Notes under the pieces: model-generated
The model's database searches: none
Told to the model about the DNA's origin: nothing
Seen by the model: the letters and a program-made list of their open reading frames with translations, nothing else
Assembly: GCA_951406725.2 (NCBI GenBank)
Contig: OX597827.1
Location: 39,742,001-39,806,000 of the forward strand
DNA: 64,000 bases
Origin: Octopus vulgaris
Lineage: Eukaryota
Direction: 5' to 3'
Part shown: piece by piece, positions 26,638 through 39,467 of the stretch
Numbering within the stretch: the stretch's first letter is position 1
Layout: every line of letters starts with the position of its first letter
Program-made: the position numbers and the translations under genes

Positions 26638-28491
26638 AATGGGATTAAATCACACGATCATGTCCATATCTATTATCTGCACACACACACACACACATGT
26701 ACTTACATATTTAAGATAGTGAGATACGGTTCTCTGACCCCACTCAAAGAGTAGCAACAAAACATCCAATCCATACCAGAAAGTGATGCAAATATAAAAT
26801 TAGTGAAGAAAACTGGAGCAATTTGTGCAATGTACTTTGCACCAAGATATAATATAATACCTATAACAAACCAAGGAGTTTCTATGTTTGCTCAACTTAC
26901 AAGAAATAGCAGCTAAATTTTTTTCAAGTTCATACCCTAATACCTTTTTAAAAAATGGGGATGATCATATCTGGAACGATTTTTAATTGTAGGCTTGCTT
27001 CATCATGAGTGACTTATTGAAGAACAAGAATGGATGTACTAATAGTAATAGGGAGGTTTGAACTTATGATCATGTAGTTTCTAGTCATAGACCAGATATA
27101 TGTGTCCAAAAAAAAACACTGATTATTTTTGACAATGTTTTGAGAAGAATAATGAAAAAAGGGTGAAAAACAAAGCAACACTTGATGTTGTAAAGCCAGT
27201 CAAACACACATATTACAGTTGACTGTACAAAATTTTAGCATAAAAATATTCTCAACACATTTTTGAACAATGAAACAAAAGCAAATACACAGACATATAT
27301 AATGTCTATATATGTGAGTAATCACTGTTTAACCCCCAGGAAAACCTTAACAGCAGATCTAAGATAAAAGGAGTTCCAGCTATAACCATTCTCCTTTTTC
27401 CAGGCAATGGTTATCTTTGACTACCCTACCCACTATGTCATTCTTTTAAAGATGGCTGGGTGGGATGAGGGTGATTTGGTTGCTATTTCTGGTAAGTTGA
27501 GAGATCATTTACAGGTTGACTTCATGCGATACCCTGTATAAATTAGAGATATCTAAGAATGAGCATGTGAAGGCATTGATCACACTAAGATATTTGTTAA
27601 ATGGTGTAGAAAATTTCATCAAGTGCTTAACAAGCAGTGCACAGCAAGCTCTCCCATGCTTATGCTCCATAAGGGCCATCCTCTCGAATACTGACATGAA
27701 TCATCCAGCAGTATTCCAAGCTTAACTGCATTAACTGTAACCCTCTGCAAGAGCCCACAAAGGCTATGAGTGCGGAACCATCTCTTGAGAATAAAGTATA
27801 ACATTTTTGAAAAAATAGAATAAAAATGAAAATATGAGAAATTCAATATAAATTTCTTGTAAAACAAGTTGTGTTTTTAATGAAACCTGTACACTCATCT
27901 ATGAATCATACAAACACATACACATGCATGCAGCCAAATGTGCTACATATGTAGACACACAGATACAATCATATATGAAACACACACAACAATTATAAAA
28001 CACACACACACACACCATGTAAACAATAAAGTAAAAAAAAAAACATAAGAAACAATCAAATAGCATTAACAGAATAAAATATAACAATGATTTGTATTAA
28101 TAGTTATTATTATTATTAAGGACTAACCAATGCTTCATTTTTTGAAGATCGATAAAAAAAATGTACCAGTCAAGTACTGCAGTTGATTTATAATACCACT
28201 TCCTTCGAAATTTGTTGCATTATAAATACATTGTAGCCAATAAAAGAAATTGTTACAACATTGAACAAAATGCTCTACTGTACAGTTTAGTTACAGCTCT
28301 TTATGTTTTGAGTTCAAATCCTGCCGAGATCAATTTTGCCTTTCATCTTCCCAGGATTGATAGAATAAAAGACCAATCATAAACTGTAAGAAAAAAAAAT
28401 CAACTATAGATACCCATTCCTCAAATTTCAGCCCTCATTTCAGTGTAAGAAATCATTATAATGTTTTGCTTATAGTCATTATTTCTAATAT

Positions 28492-28962
28492 AGGCACAGG
28501 TGAGGCTGTGGGGTGAGAAGCTTGCTTCCCCAACGACATGGTTCCAGGTTCGATTCCATTGCATGGAACTTGGGACAAATGACTTCAACTATAGCCTTGG
28601 GCAGCCCAAAGATTTCGTAGGTGGAAACTGAAAGAGGTCCATCATGTGTGTATGATTGTGTGTGATATTGTGTGTGTGTGTGTGTGTATTTGTACATTAT
28701 TTACATTGGACGGATGTGTGTCCTTATCTTGTTTTTTTGTTACCAGAACTGATTTACTCTCTAGCCTTCATCAGGTGTCCTGGTAGAATTATGAACACAA
28801 CCCTGGGTTCTCATTCCTAAGGTATTTGTGTCTGTGTTTATCCCCCACCACTGCTTGATAACTGGTGTTGGTGTGTTTACATCCCCATAACTTAGTGGTT
28901 CAACAAAAGGGACAAATAGAATAAGTACCAGGCTTTAAAAAAATGAGTACTTGAATTGATTT
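28492..28962 (+). mobile_element. Family B SINE, interrupted at about 28700-28825 and truncated at 28962
   Basis: Head GGCACAGGTGAGGCTGTGGGGTGAGAAGCTTGCTTCCCAAC..GGTTCGATTCC. The tail resumes at TTTATCCCCCACCACTGCTTGA. Confidence 0.8.
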
Positions 28963-29183
28963 GAAAATTACTATTTTTTAAATCTCACAACGTGAGATAT
29001 TCAACAACAGTACTTTGTAGTAAAGATTGTTTACCAATATAACATGCCAGTCCTGGTTTAGGACTAATGTTGCTGTAATTTAGCCCTAGGAGACATCGTT
29101 TCCAGCTGGCTATACGACACTATCTGTGTCTTTATATTTTTGAACAAGGGAATCTAGCACCCCCATTCAGCTCAAAACAATAT

Positions 29184-29226
29184 CTGTGTATCATGATTTC
29201 TGGGTTATTTCCCTTCATCAGCACAG
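29184..29226 (-). ncRNA. Minimal type I hammerhead ribozyme motif
   Basis: CTGTG-CTGATGA-AGGGAAATAACCCA-GAA-ATCATGAT-A-CACAG. Stem I is 5 bp, the core is intact, stem II is GGG/CCC, stem III is palindromic and the cleavage triplet is AUA. Confidence 0.7.
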
Positions 29227-29423
29227 AATAATTGTTCAGCTAGAGGAATAATTGTTCCCACTCGAAATATATAGTTTTCAAAGTGACAACTAGACATTAA
29301 TTTATAAATCAGTGACTTTAAAAATAGTAATTTTCTGATTTATAAATCAGTGACTAGTTGTCACTTTGAAAACTATATATTTCGAGCAGGAATTTGGCAG
29401 CGCCACCTCTAGCCGAATGATTC

Positions 29424-29466
29424 TTGTGCTGATGAAGAGAAATAACCGAGAAATCGCAATACACAG
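29424..29466 (+). ncRNA. Minimal type I hammerhead motif, more decayed copy
   Basis: TTGTG-CTGATGA-AGAGAAATAACCGA-GAA-ATCGCAAT-A-CACAG. The core is intact but stem II is disrupted. Confidence 0.55.
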
Positions 29467-29850
29467 ATATTGTTTTGAGCTGAGTGGAGGTGCTAGATTC
29501 CCTGGTTCCAAAATATAAGGACACAGATTGTGTTGTATAGCCAGCTGGAGACGATGTCTCCTGAGGCTAAATTACAACAACATTAGTCCTAAACCAGGAG
29601 AAAAAAGATGAACCTTGGGATATTATATGTGGAGCTATCAATTCATTTCAGCATATCAATGTGGACCTATCAAGTCATTTCAGTGTGTGTGTATGTATGT
29701 CTCCGTCTGCCTTTCCTGTTTCTGACAAAGAGCTTCACTTGAAATGTTAAATTCTCCTTCTTTCTTTCCTTTCCTGAGCGTCCAATAACACTATACTTGT
29801 TCCACGTCCTCACGTTGTTATGTTTTCTCTTTGTTCATGTTTGGATTAAC

Positions 29851-29892
<42 letters not shown>

Positions 29893-30687
29893 GAAATTGA
29901 CAGGCCTCTTTAAGTTCCATCTACCAAATCCACTCACAAGGCTTTGATCAGCCCAAGGCTACAGCCGAAGACACATGTCCAAGGTATTACACAGTGGGAC
30001 TGAACATGGAACCATATAGTTGGGAAGCAAGCTTCTTACCACAGAGCCATGCCTGTGCACAATAATATAATTATTGTCTGATTTAGACATTAAACAATAT
30101 TAATAAGTGTGATTTAGTAGATTACATTGATCCCAGTACTTCATGGTACCCTACTTTATTGATCCAGGAGGGATTGAAAGTTAACCTCAACAGGATTTGA
30201 ACCCAAATCATGAAGATCTGGAACAAATATGCAATGCATTTTGTGTAACACCTTAATATTTCTGCCAATCCACCATCTTTATAATAATTTGCCAAAATTT
30301 AATATTGTTAGAATAAAGATATAAAAATTTGGCAATATTTCAAGTTTTGGTGTACAGGGTATAGTCGATTTAACTGACCCCCTGCACATTACTGATATTT
30401 ACTTACTGCAAATAAACCCTTAAGTATTTACAAAATATAATACCAAAACATACATAGATAGCTATACACAAAAGCATATATATACACACAGAATCATACA
30501 TACATAAATATACATACATACACACATACATACATGCACATACATACATATATATATATATACACACACACACGTGCACACACACACGTGCACACACACG
30601 TGTATGTATATATACATGTATGTATATATATGTGTGTGTGTGTGTATATATATACATGCACACACACACATACATACATACATACAT

Positions 30688-30742
<55 letters not shown>

Positions 30743-30786
30743 TACATACATACATACATACATACATACATACATACATACATACA

Positions 30787-30821
<35 letters not shown>

Positions 30822-31013
30822 GAATAGAGGAAATAAAAGTGGTGGAGATTACAAATAATAATAATTAAAATAATAGTAATAATAATAATAATGATGATAG
30901 CAGTCTGAAGTAAAGCTGCCAGTTAATTGACTTATATCTGATGAAGCAAAATTTCCATTACATATATAATGGAATATGTTGATGTGGCTATTGTTAATAA
31001 TGGTAGTTATGAT

Positions 31014-31339
31014 GAAAAAGAGCAGAGAAAAGTGAAGGAAATAAGAGAAAAACAGAAAAAAAAACACAGGAACAGAAAAAGAAAGAAAATAATGAAAGAG
31101 GAAAAAAAAGTAAGAGAGGAAAATATAAAGAGAAGTCAGATACCATTTCATTTCATTGATTTATACCATTTTCCATATGGCGTTGTAGTTTGAAATAAAG
31201 AAGAAAGAAAAAAGAGCAGAGAAAAGTGAAGGAAATAAGAGAAAAACAGAAAAAAAATAATACAGGAACAGAAAAAGAAAGAAAATAATGAAAGAGGAAA
31301 AAAAAAGTAAGAGAGGAAAATATAAAGAGAAGTCAGATA
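31014..31339. repeat. Near-identical purine-rich direct duplication of about 128 bp
   Basis: GAAAAAGAGCAGAGAAAAGTGAAGG...GAGAAGTCAGATA occurs at 31014-31142 and at about 31208-31339. Confidence 0.9.
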
Positions 31340-32585
31340 ATTTCTATAGTAATGAAGTAATATATATATAAATATATATACATAGAAAAAATATATATAA
31401 TATATATAGAAAGATATATATCGAAAAAATATATATAATATATATATATATATATGTATATGTACAATATATATAAAATATATTTGGAAAAGGATGTGTG
31501 ACGTTCGATCATATATTAATATAAATAATATATAAATATATACATATATATATATGTACATACCTACATATATAGGTATATATACATGCATATATGGGTA
31601 CAGGACATCAAAAAAACGTTGAACACAATGAGAAATGAAGACATAAAAACAAAAACATAGAAATGAACAATTTGTTCGAACAACAAAAAAACAAACAGAG
31701 AAACGAGACATGCAACATAAAGAATATTCCTCTTCTTCAGTAGTCCCTGTTTCATCTACTCCACGTTTTCGAAGGCAAGGACAATACGTGACTTTGTTGA
31801 AACAGTCCTTCCCGCAAAGCAAATTAAATAAAATTTGGGATTTTTTGCGGAGAGTGAAATTGGTAACAAGAATAGGACAGTGAGAACAAAACAGTAAAAA
31901 CAAATGGTGAGGGCTGTTAAGCCAAGATGATAGAAAAAATCGTTATGAACGCTAAGAAGACGAGCTTATGAGAGGAGACAGTATAAGCATGTGCAGTCTT
32001 TAGGAAGATAATGGACAGAAAGATAGATTCTCTTTCGTCACATCCTTTTATTCCATGGTTTCATGAATTAGACTGAGTGCAGTGGCAGATTTTCAACAGC
32101 TGGCAGGCCAATGGTCAAAGATAGTCCACCTACGAATGTCCTGCGATTTTTAACCAGACATTACCCAACAAAGGCTACATTATCCATTGTGACCTCTAGT
32201 TTCAAGACTATAGGTTGTAATTTCAGGGAAATTTGGATGCTATTTTTCTAGCGAGTCAAAGAGGCTTCCTCTTTAAGATTGAATAGATGAGGTACTAGAC
32301 TCCATAATCAGAAGTAACAAATTTGAAATTGCTGCAGAAGAATTTTCTGTGCTTCACTTGCTTTCTTTTGCTTTTTGTTGTTGTAGTTGTTTTTACTATG
32401 ACTTACAAGGTCCCACTAATTTGAAACATTCATTAATTCTACAACTTACAAGGTCCCATCAATTTGAAATATTTTCTGGGTTTGCCTCTCATAATACACT
32501 GTTGGACATAATATCCAAGAAAAAAGTGAATGTTAAACCATAAAACTGTAGCTGACTGCTCAATGTAGCAATTTAAAGAACAATA

Positions 32586-32630
<45 letters not shown>

Positions 32631-32633
<3 letters not shown>

Positions 32634-32847
32634 TCTTTTATTTGCCTCAGTCATTTGACTGTGGCCATGCCAGAGCACCGCATTTAGTTGAACAAATCGA
32701 TCCCAGGACTTATTCTTTGTAAGCCTAGTACTTATTCCATGGGTCTCTTTTGCGAACTGCTAAGTTATGGGGATGTAAACACAACAACATTGGATGTCAA
32801 GCAATGGTGGGGGACAAACACAGATACAAACTTACATACACACATAC

Positions 32848-32886
<39 letters not shown>

Positions 32887-33009
32887 ACAGGCTTCTTTCA
32901 GTATCCTTCTACCAAATCCACTCACAAGGCTTTGGTCGGCCTGAGGCTATAGTAGAAGATACCATGTAGTTGGTAAATAAGCTACTTACCATACAGCCAC
33001 TCCTGCACC
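32631..33009 (-). mobile_element. Family B SINE
   Basis: Reverse complement of the 11846-type element, with internal (TA)n and a deletion in the head. Confidence 0.85.
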
Positions 33010-33115
33010 TATATATATATATATATATATATAGTAACTCTCTATCTATCTATGTATAAACTGGGTTAGATAGTGGGTGGGTGAGGAGAGAACTAACATA
33101 TAGATAAATAGATAA

Positions 33116-33177
<62 letters not shown>

Positions 33178-34282
33178 GTAAAGCAATTATCAAAATTTAT
33201 GAACAAAATCTATGACTGAGAAATGAATCATTAATTTTAAATGAATGTGCTTTTATATGTGAGTTTGTGTAAGTGAAAGAGAGAGAGAGAGGGGAAGGGC
33301 AAGAAAGAGAGAAAAGGAGAAAGGGTGTGTGTGTTTTATAGTATTTAAAATATTTTCTTCACCACCCTCAAACTGAAATATCAGAGCGTAGCAATCAATC
33401 TACTGCATGCATTTCAGTTTAGTCTCTTGAATAATGCCCTTCATTTCTACATCACTTCAGTCTCAACAGCTTATCAGGATTAAATCAAGACAAGATTCTT
33501 CTGGAAATGTCACTCAAAACAGATAGACAGCTATCCTATCCACCTGGGAACTCATCATCTCCCATCAACTTTAACACCATCGGGTTAGACATAAGCATTA
33601 ACTTTTAAGCCTCTGGTGTCTGTCATCATCTAGAGTTCTTACAGATTTTCTCTCTCAATTTCTCTTATGATTGGCAGACATCTTTAATCAACCTCAGTCC
33701 ATGGCTATCAAAGTATGCACCAGTTTCACTATTCCTCTACTTATTCAAATTCATATCAGGTTATTGCTATACTCCTTCAATACACATTTCATTCTACCCA
33801 CACTGAATGTGAAACGGTTGCAGAAATGGTGGCACTTTGGACTAAGTACCTTCAAATATATTATGGTATCATTTTAAATCAAGATGCCACTATCCCATAT
33901 TTTAAAGTGAAAGCATTTGAATCCTTTGCTCACTAAAGGAGCAGCAATGTGTATGTGTGTGAGTGAGTGTGTGAGTGTGCACATGTGAGGGAGAGATTCT
34001 GATTGGTTATTTTTTAACTAGGTCTCACAAAACCCCTGCTTTCACCAATAACTCACCACCACCACCACCACTTTATCCTGCCATTTAACAGCACCCCCTA
34101 TTACACAGAAATAACTAAATCCCTAACTAAACATATAAACAAAATTCCATGAGCAGTAAGTGAAAATTATAGCAGGGATGAAATTTTTTTATTCCCTTTC
34201 CAAAGCATATTCCAAACTCATCAACCACACCAAAACCTAACAAAATTCTGGCAAAGTTCCCAACAACAACAGCAATAATAAT

Positions 34283-35285
34283 GGTTTTGAATTTTGCCAC
34301 AAGGGCAGCAATTTTGAGGGAGGGGGTCAAGGTGATTACATCGACCCCTTTGTTCAATGGGTAATAATAATAACAATAATCCTTTCTACTAAAAGCACAA
34401 GGCCTGAAATTACATTGATCCCAGTGTTTCACTGGTACTTAATATATTGACCCCAAAAGGATGAAAGACAAAGTTGACCTCGGCAGAATTTGAACTCAGG
34501 ATGTAGCAGTAGATGAAATACTGCTAAGCATTTTGCCCAACATGCTAACGATTCTGCCAGCTCACCGTCTTGAATAATAATAGTAATCTTTTCTACTAGA
34601 GGCACAAGGCTTGAAATTTGGGGGAGGGGGATAGTTGATTACATTGACCCCAGTGTTTCACTGGTACTTAATTTATTGACCCCAAAAGGATGAAAGGCAA
34701 AGTTGAGCTTGGCGGCATTGGAACCCAAAACATGAAGGTGGATGAAATGCCACTAAGCAATTTGCCAAGTGTGCTAACAATCCTGCCAGCCTACTGCCTT
34801 AATAATAATAATAATAATAAATAGTTATTATTATTACTGTTATTATCAATAAGGCTGAAGCAAGCTAGCAGAATTATTAACATACTGGATGAAATGCATA
34901 GTGGAATTTTGTCCTTTTTTACATTCTGAGCTCAAATTCCACCAAGGTCAACTTTGCCTTTAATCCTTTCGGTATCAATGATATAAGCCCCAGTTCAGTA
35001 CAAGGGTTGATGTAATCAACTAGCCCCCACGTCTTCCAAAATTGTTGGCCTTGTGCCAAAAATTTGAACTCATTGTTGTTGTTGGTAAAGAGTTGAGTTG
35101 GCAGAATTGTTAGAACATCAGGAAAAAAATGCTTTGCAGTACACTCTTTACATTTTAAGATCAAATCCTGCCAAGGTTGACTTTGCCTTTTGTCATTTTA
35201 CAGTCGATAAATTATCGGCCAAGTACCAGAATAGATGGCACTGGTTAATCCCTTCCTCTTGAAATTGCTGGTCTTGTACCTAACA
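34283..35285. mobile_element. Cluster of at least four family A SINEs (minus-strand copies then plus-strand copies) separated by (TAA)n
   Basis: Repeated GGATGAAAGGCAAAGTTGA..GAATTTGAAC and its reverse complement. Confidence 0.8.
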
Positions 35286-35380
35286 TTATTACTCTTTTAC
35301 TAGTTTCAGTCATTTGACTGTGGCCATGCTGGAGCACTGCCTTTAGTCGAGCAAATCGACCCTAGGACTTATTAGTATTT

Positions 35381-35478
35381 TTAGTACCTCTGCCTTAGCA
35401 AAAGCAGAGGTATTGTTTTCAGCCATATTTGTTTGCTTGTTTGTCCATGGACAAGATATCTCAAGAACCACTGGATGT
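35381..35478 (+). mobile_element. Helentron-associated non-autonomous element (HINE/DINE-1-like) end fragment
   Basis: TTAG-TACCTCTGC-CTTAGCAAAA-GCAGAGGTA hairpin, then TGTTTTC, a (TGTT)n-like tract and CAAGATATCTCAAGAAC. This is the typical HINE order. It follows a truncated family B SINE tail. Confidence 0.55.
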
Positions 35479-35564
35479 TTGGCCTCATGACACCATCCTT
35501 CAATTTTTTTTCTTGACAAAGAGGCCTTAATACCAAAATATCGAAATATAAACTAAACATAATT

Positions 35565-36040
35565 TAACATTCATTATCCATGCTGGCAATAGGCTGGACG
35601 GTGTGACAAGAGCTGGCAAGCTGGAGATGAGGGAGGGGCTGCACCAGATGCCAGTCTGATTTGGCATGGTTTCTACAGTTGGATGCCCTTCCTAATGCCA
35701 ACCCATTTACAGAGTGTGCTGTATGTTTTTACATGCACCATACAGGTGTTTTTACATGGTGTCACATAGGCGCTTTTTATGTGATACCACCACAACTGCT
35801 TCACATCACCAGAAGGATCAGTCTTAACACTTCTGCTGTGGGGTACTGGTCTTCTTGAGCACAGCCAGGCACCAGGTATCAAGACCCTTTGTCATCTCAC
35901 CTGAAAGGTTCAGCTTCTTGAGATCATTCTTCAGTACTTCACCCTACGTCTTCCAAAGTCTCCTACTTTCATATGTTCCAGCACTTCTTTATGGAACTGT
36001 CAGTATCCATCCATATCACCTGATCAGACCAGTGCAGTCA
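35565..36040 (-). mobile_element. Older RTE 3' end
   Basis: Same 3' UTR motif (GGATGCCCTTCCTAATGCCAACC) and a decayed C-terminus LHWSDQVIWMD...EVLKNDLKKLNL. Confidence 0.7.
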
Positions 36041-39000
36041 TGTGATGCAGATGGATGCTGACAGTAAACAGTAGCCGGCAATTTTTACCTTCTTTACTTC
36101 TGCTTTCATTCCTTTATTTCCAACTGGCATTTTAAGCAATTTTACCTACTCTGTCACACAATGCTTCGTTCAAACTAAACTACTCTGATTTTGAGATAGA
36201 AGACGATATCGAATCAGTAGATTGTCAAGTGAAAATACTGTGTTGTATTTGGTAATGTCACTTAAGAATTCTGACTTCAGAAAATATGTGGTCGTCAGTT
36301 GGCATGGGCATGTGTGTGTGTGTGTGTGCGTGTGCGTGTGAACTGTCTGGTGACCAAGACAGCTTTGACAGCAGACCTATGATCAAAAGTATTTCAATTG
36401 TGACAACCCAGTCTTTTGTAGTTAGTGTATGTAGGATTATATTATTCAATGTGTCTCCTCGATCTTTTTCTTTTCTTCTAAGACGGTAAAGAATGATTAT
36501 AGGGAAATTTGGTGGCTATTTCTATTGGATCAAACCATTACGTAGAGGTTCCCTCATTAACTTGGGTGCAGAGGAGACAGAATCTATAGTAGTGAACCGG
36601 TATAGTTGGTAAGTTGTTGTACTGCTTAGCCTTAAGTCACAAGTTCAAATTTACTGCATTCCTGGACTAAACACTTTTATTCTACAATGCTTCAGTTACT
36701 CATGAAGTCACCAAGAATAGAGATTTTCATCCATTGATACATATCTCTGATCATTAAAATATCACACACACACACAAAATAATTTTATAGTTACAATCGA
36801 CCTTACAATTAATATGGATATAGATACATGCTACACACAGAGTTCAAGGTCACTGGTTCAACATTTTTGCAAATGCAATCAAGTTCACTAATGATTAATA
36901 GGTACAAATGTGAACCTATAATCAGGGTAGAAAAGCTGCAAGTTAACTAACGAATAACAACAGTAGTAAAGGAGTTAGATATTATGCTGACTTCAGAACA
37001 GATAGAAACGACTGCTGAAAATCTAGTGTAACAATCTAGGTTGTTTTTGTTTCTCATACTGTATGCTTGCATATATAAATACATGCATGCACATCCATAG
37101 ACATGTGTACATACATACACATATACACATAAGCTAATAAGACCTCTAAATGTTAGCTAGATTTGACAGAAATAGTAGCTAAATTTCCCTAAAACCAAAC
37201 TCTACTGTTTTTTTTGTTGTGTGTGTGTGTGTGTATGAGCCACTGAGGGACCACTATGTGACAGCATGGTAGCTAGGTATGATAGAAATATCAGTTGTAA
37301 GCCTCAAATCACACCTTTTATAGCCTTATGTATGTAAACACATGTGTGTGTGTGTGTGTATGATTTATGCATCCATAAATGTATGTATGTGTATTTATAT
37401 AATCTTCCCTACTAATAAAATTGAACCTGGCTATTATCTTACTTTGTAAACATCATCATAATTTCTAACATCAACATAAAATTATAATTCTGGGGAGATG
37501 TGTAATGACTCCAGTCCTCAAAGACAACCATGTAAATATCATGTTAATTAATATTAACTTCAGTAGACTATCACCAGATAAAATATTTCCTAGTATTTTT
37601 TTTACAGCCACTTACTTTCTGAGTTCAAATCACACTAAGGCAAATGTTGCCTTTTATTCTTTTCGATTGAAGTGCCAGCATAGAATTAGGTCAATATAAT
37701 TGATAATGCCATCCTCCCCACAAGGTATTTATTATTGTGCCCACATTAGAAATTATTATTTTTTAAAAATTGCAAGAATGTCCCATCTTAGACTACAAAG
37801 AATTCAATACATTTTGGGATAAAATGCTAACAAACATACAACTTTTATAGACAGTAATATTGTTATTCCTGGAATGTGCTTAGGTGTATGCTTATAGGTA
37901 TTCCATTGTTGCCATTAAAGACATTATTATTATTATTATTATCATCATCATTATTATTATTAGGGTGGTGAGATGGCAGAATCATTAGCATGCCAGACAA
38001 AATGGTTAGTGGTATTTCATTTATCTTTATGTTCTGGGTTCAAATTCTGCCACGGTCGACTTTGACTTTCATCCTTTAGGGGTTGATAAAATAAGTACCA
38101 ATTGAACACTGGGGTTGATGTAATCAACTTACTCCACCCCTGAAATTGCTGGCTTTGTGCCAGAATTTGAAACCATATTATTATTGTTATCATTATCATC
38201 ATCATCATTATTATCACTGGTAGAAACAAAGCACTGGAAAAAATGCTTTGTGATATTTGTTTTGGCTCTTTATTTTCTGAGTTCAAATCTTACAGAGGTT
38301 AATTTTTGTTTCCTCCAGCCAGGGACAATAAATTACCAATCAAGTACCAGGGTTGATTTTATTCGATTAACCCACTTCTTGCTAAATTGTTGGCCCTGTG
38401 CCTAAATCAGAAATCATTATTATTATCATTGATAGTAGTAGTAGTAGTAGTAGTTGACCCCAGCACTTGATTAATACTTTATTTTATCAATCCTGGAAGG
38501 ATGAAAAGCAAAGTTGAGTTAGGAAGGATTATATCTGTCAGTTCTGCACCAAATTCATTTACAAGAGATTGGCAGGTCTGGGGTTATAGCAGAAGACACT
38601 TGCCCAAAGTGCTGCTCATTGGGACTGAACCAGAAACCATGTGGTCGCAAAATGAGCTTTTTAATCACATCACACAGCCATATGGAGGTAGTATGGTTAC
38701 TCAAACGACTAGAATCTTTATTAACAAAACTGGTGCATGATTCCATAGATATGTATATTGGTGGGCATTTCTTTTGTCTAATAAAGACGTCTACTTGGTT
38801 GTTGTTAACCTCTGAGTGATAACTTTAATGACATCACCATTATGTTTACATGTAAACATCAATGGCTTTTAATTCCATCATCATCATTTAATATCCGCTT
38901 TCCCTGCTGGCAGAAGTTGGTTGGTTTGACAAGAGCTGATGAGACAGAGGACTGCACTAAACTTCAATGTCTGCCTTGGCATAGTTTCTGTAGCCAGGTG

Positions 39001-39317
39001 TCCTTCCTACTAATGCCAACTACTTCAGAGTGTAGTAGGAGCCTTTCACACTCTGTGAAGTTGGAAAATAGATGTAGTCATTTATATTGACTCCAGTATC
39101 TGACTGGTACAGTATAAATGCGGAAATTATTTTCTTGGATAGAACTGATAGATTGCCAGAGAAAATGCTTTGTGATATTTGATTATATATGTTCATGTTC
39201 TGAGTTTGTTCTGAGTTCAAAGCCCATGGAGCTTGACTTTGTCTTTCTAAGGGCCCTAAGATAAGTACAAGTCAAGTACAGCAGTTAAGACATTTCTTGC
39301 ATGATCACAGCCAGTAA

Positions 39318-39354
<37 letters not shown>

Positions 39355-39388
39355 AAATAAATATTTGTAAGAATGAAAAAGACTGGAT

Positions 39389-39467
<79 letters not shown>

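Larger units (their letters stand above)
28963..29599. mobile_element. Penelope-like foldback element, inverted arms of about 262 bp
   Basis: Arms 29051-29312 and 29335-29599 with a 22-nt spacer. Each arm has a minimal hammerhead motif. Confidence 0.85.

Noticed and set aside
30403-31903. Several ORFs of 100-251 aa
   Set aside because: They come from (TACA)n, (TA)n and purine-rich tracts that lack stops by composition. No domain is recognisable.
33480-33940. Possible exon or CR1-like remnant
   Set aside because: Too degenerate to assign, with no convincing motif or splice pair.
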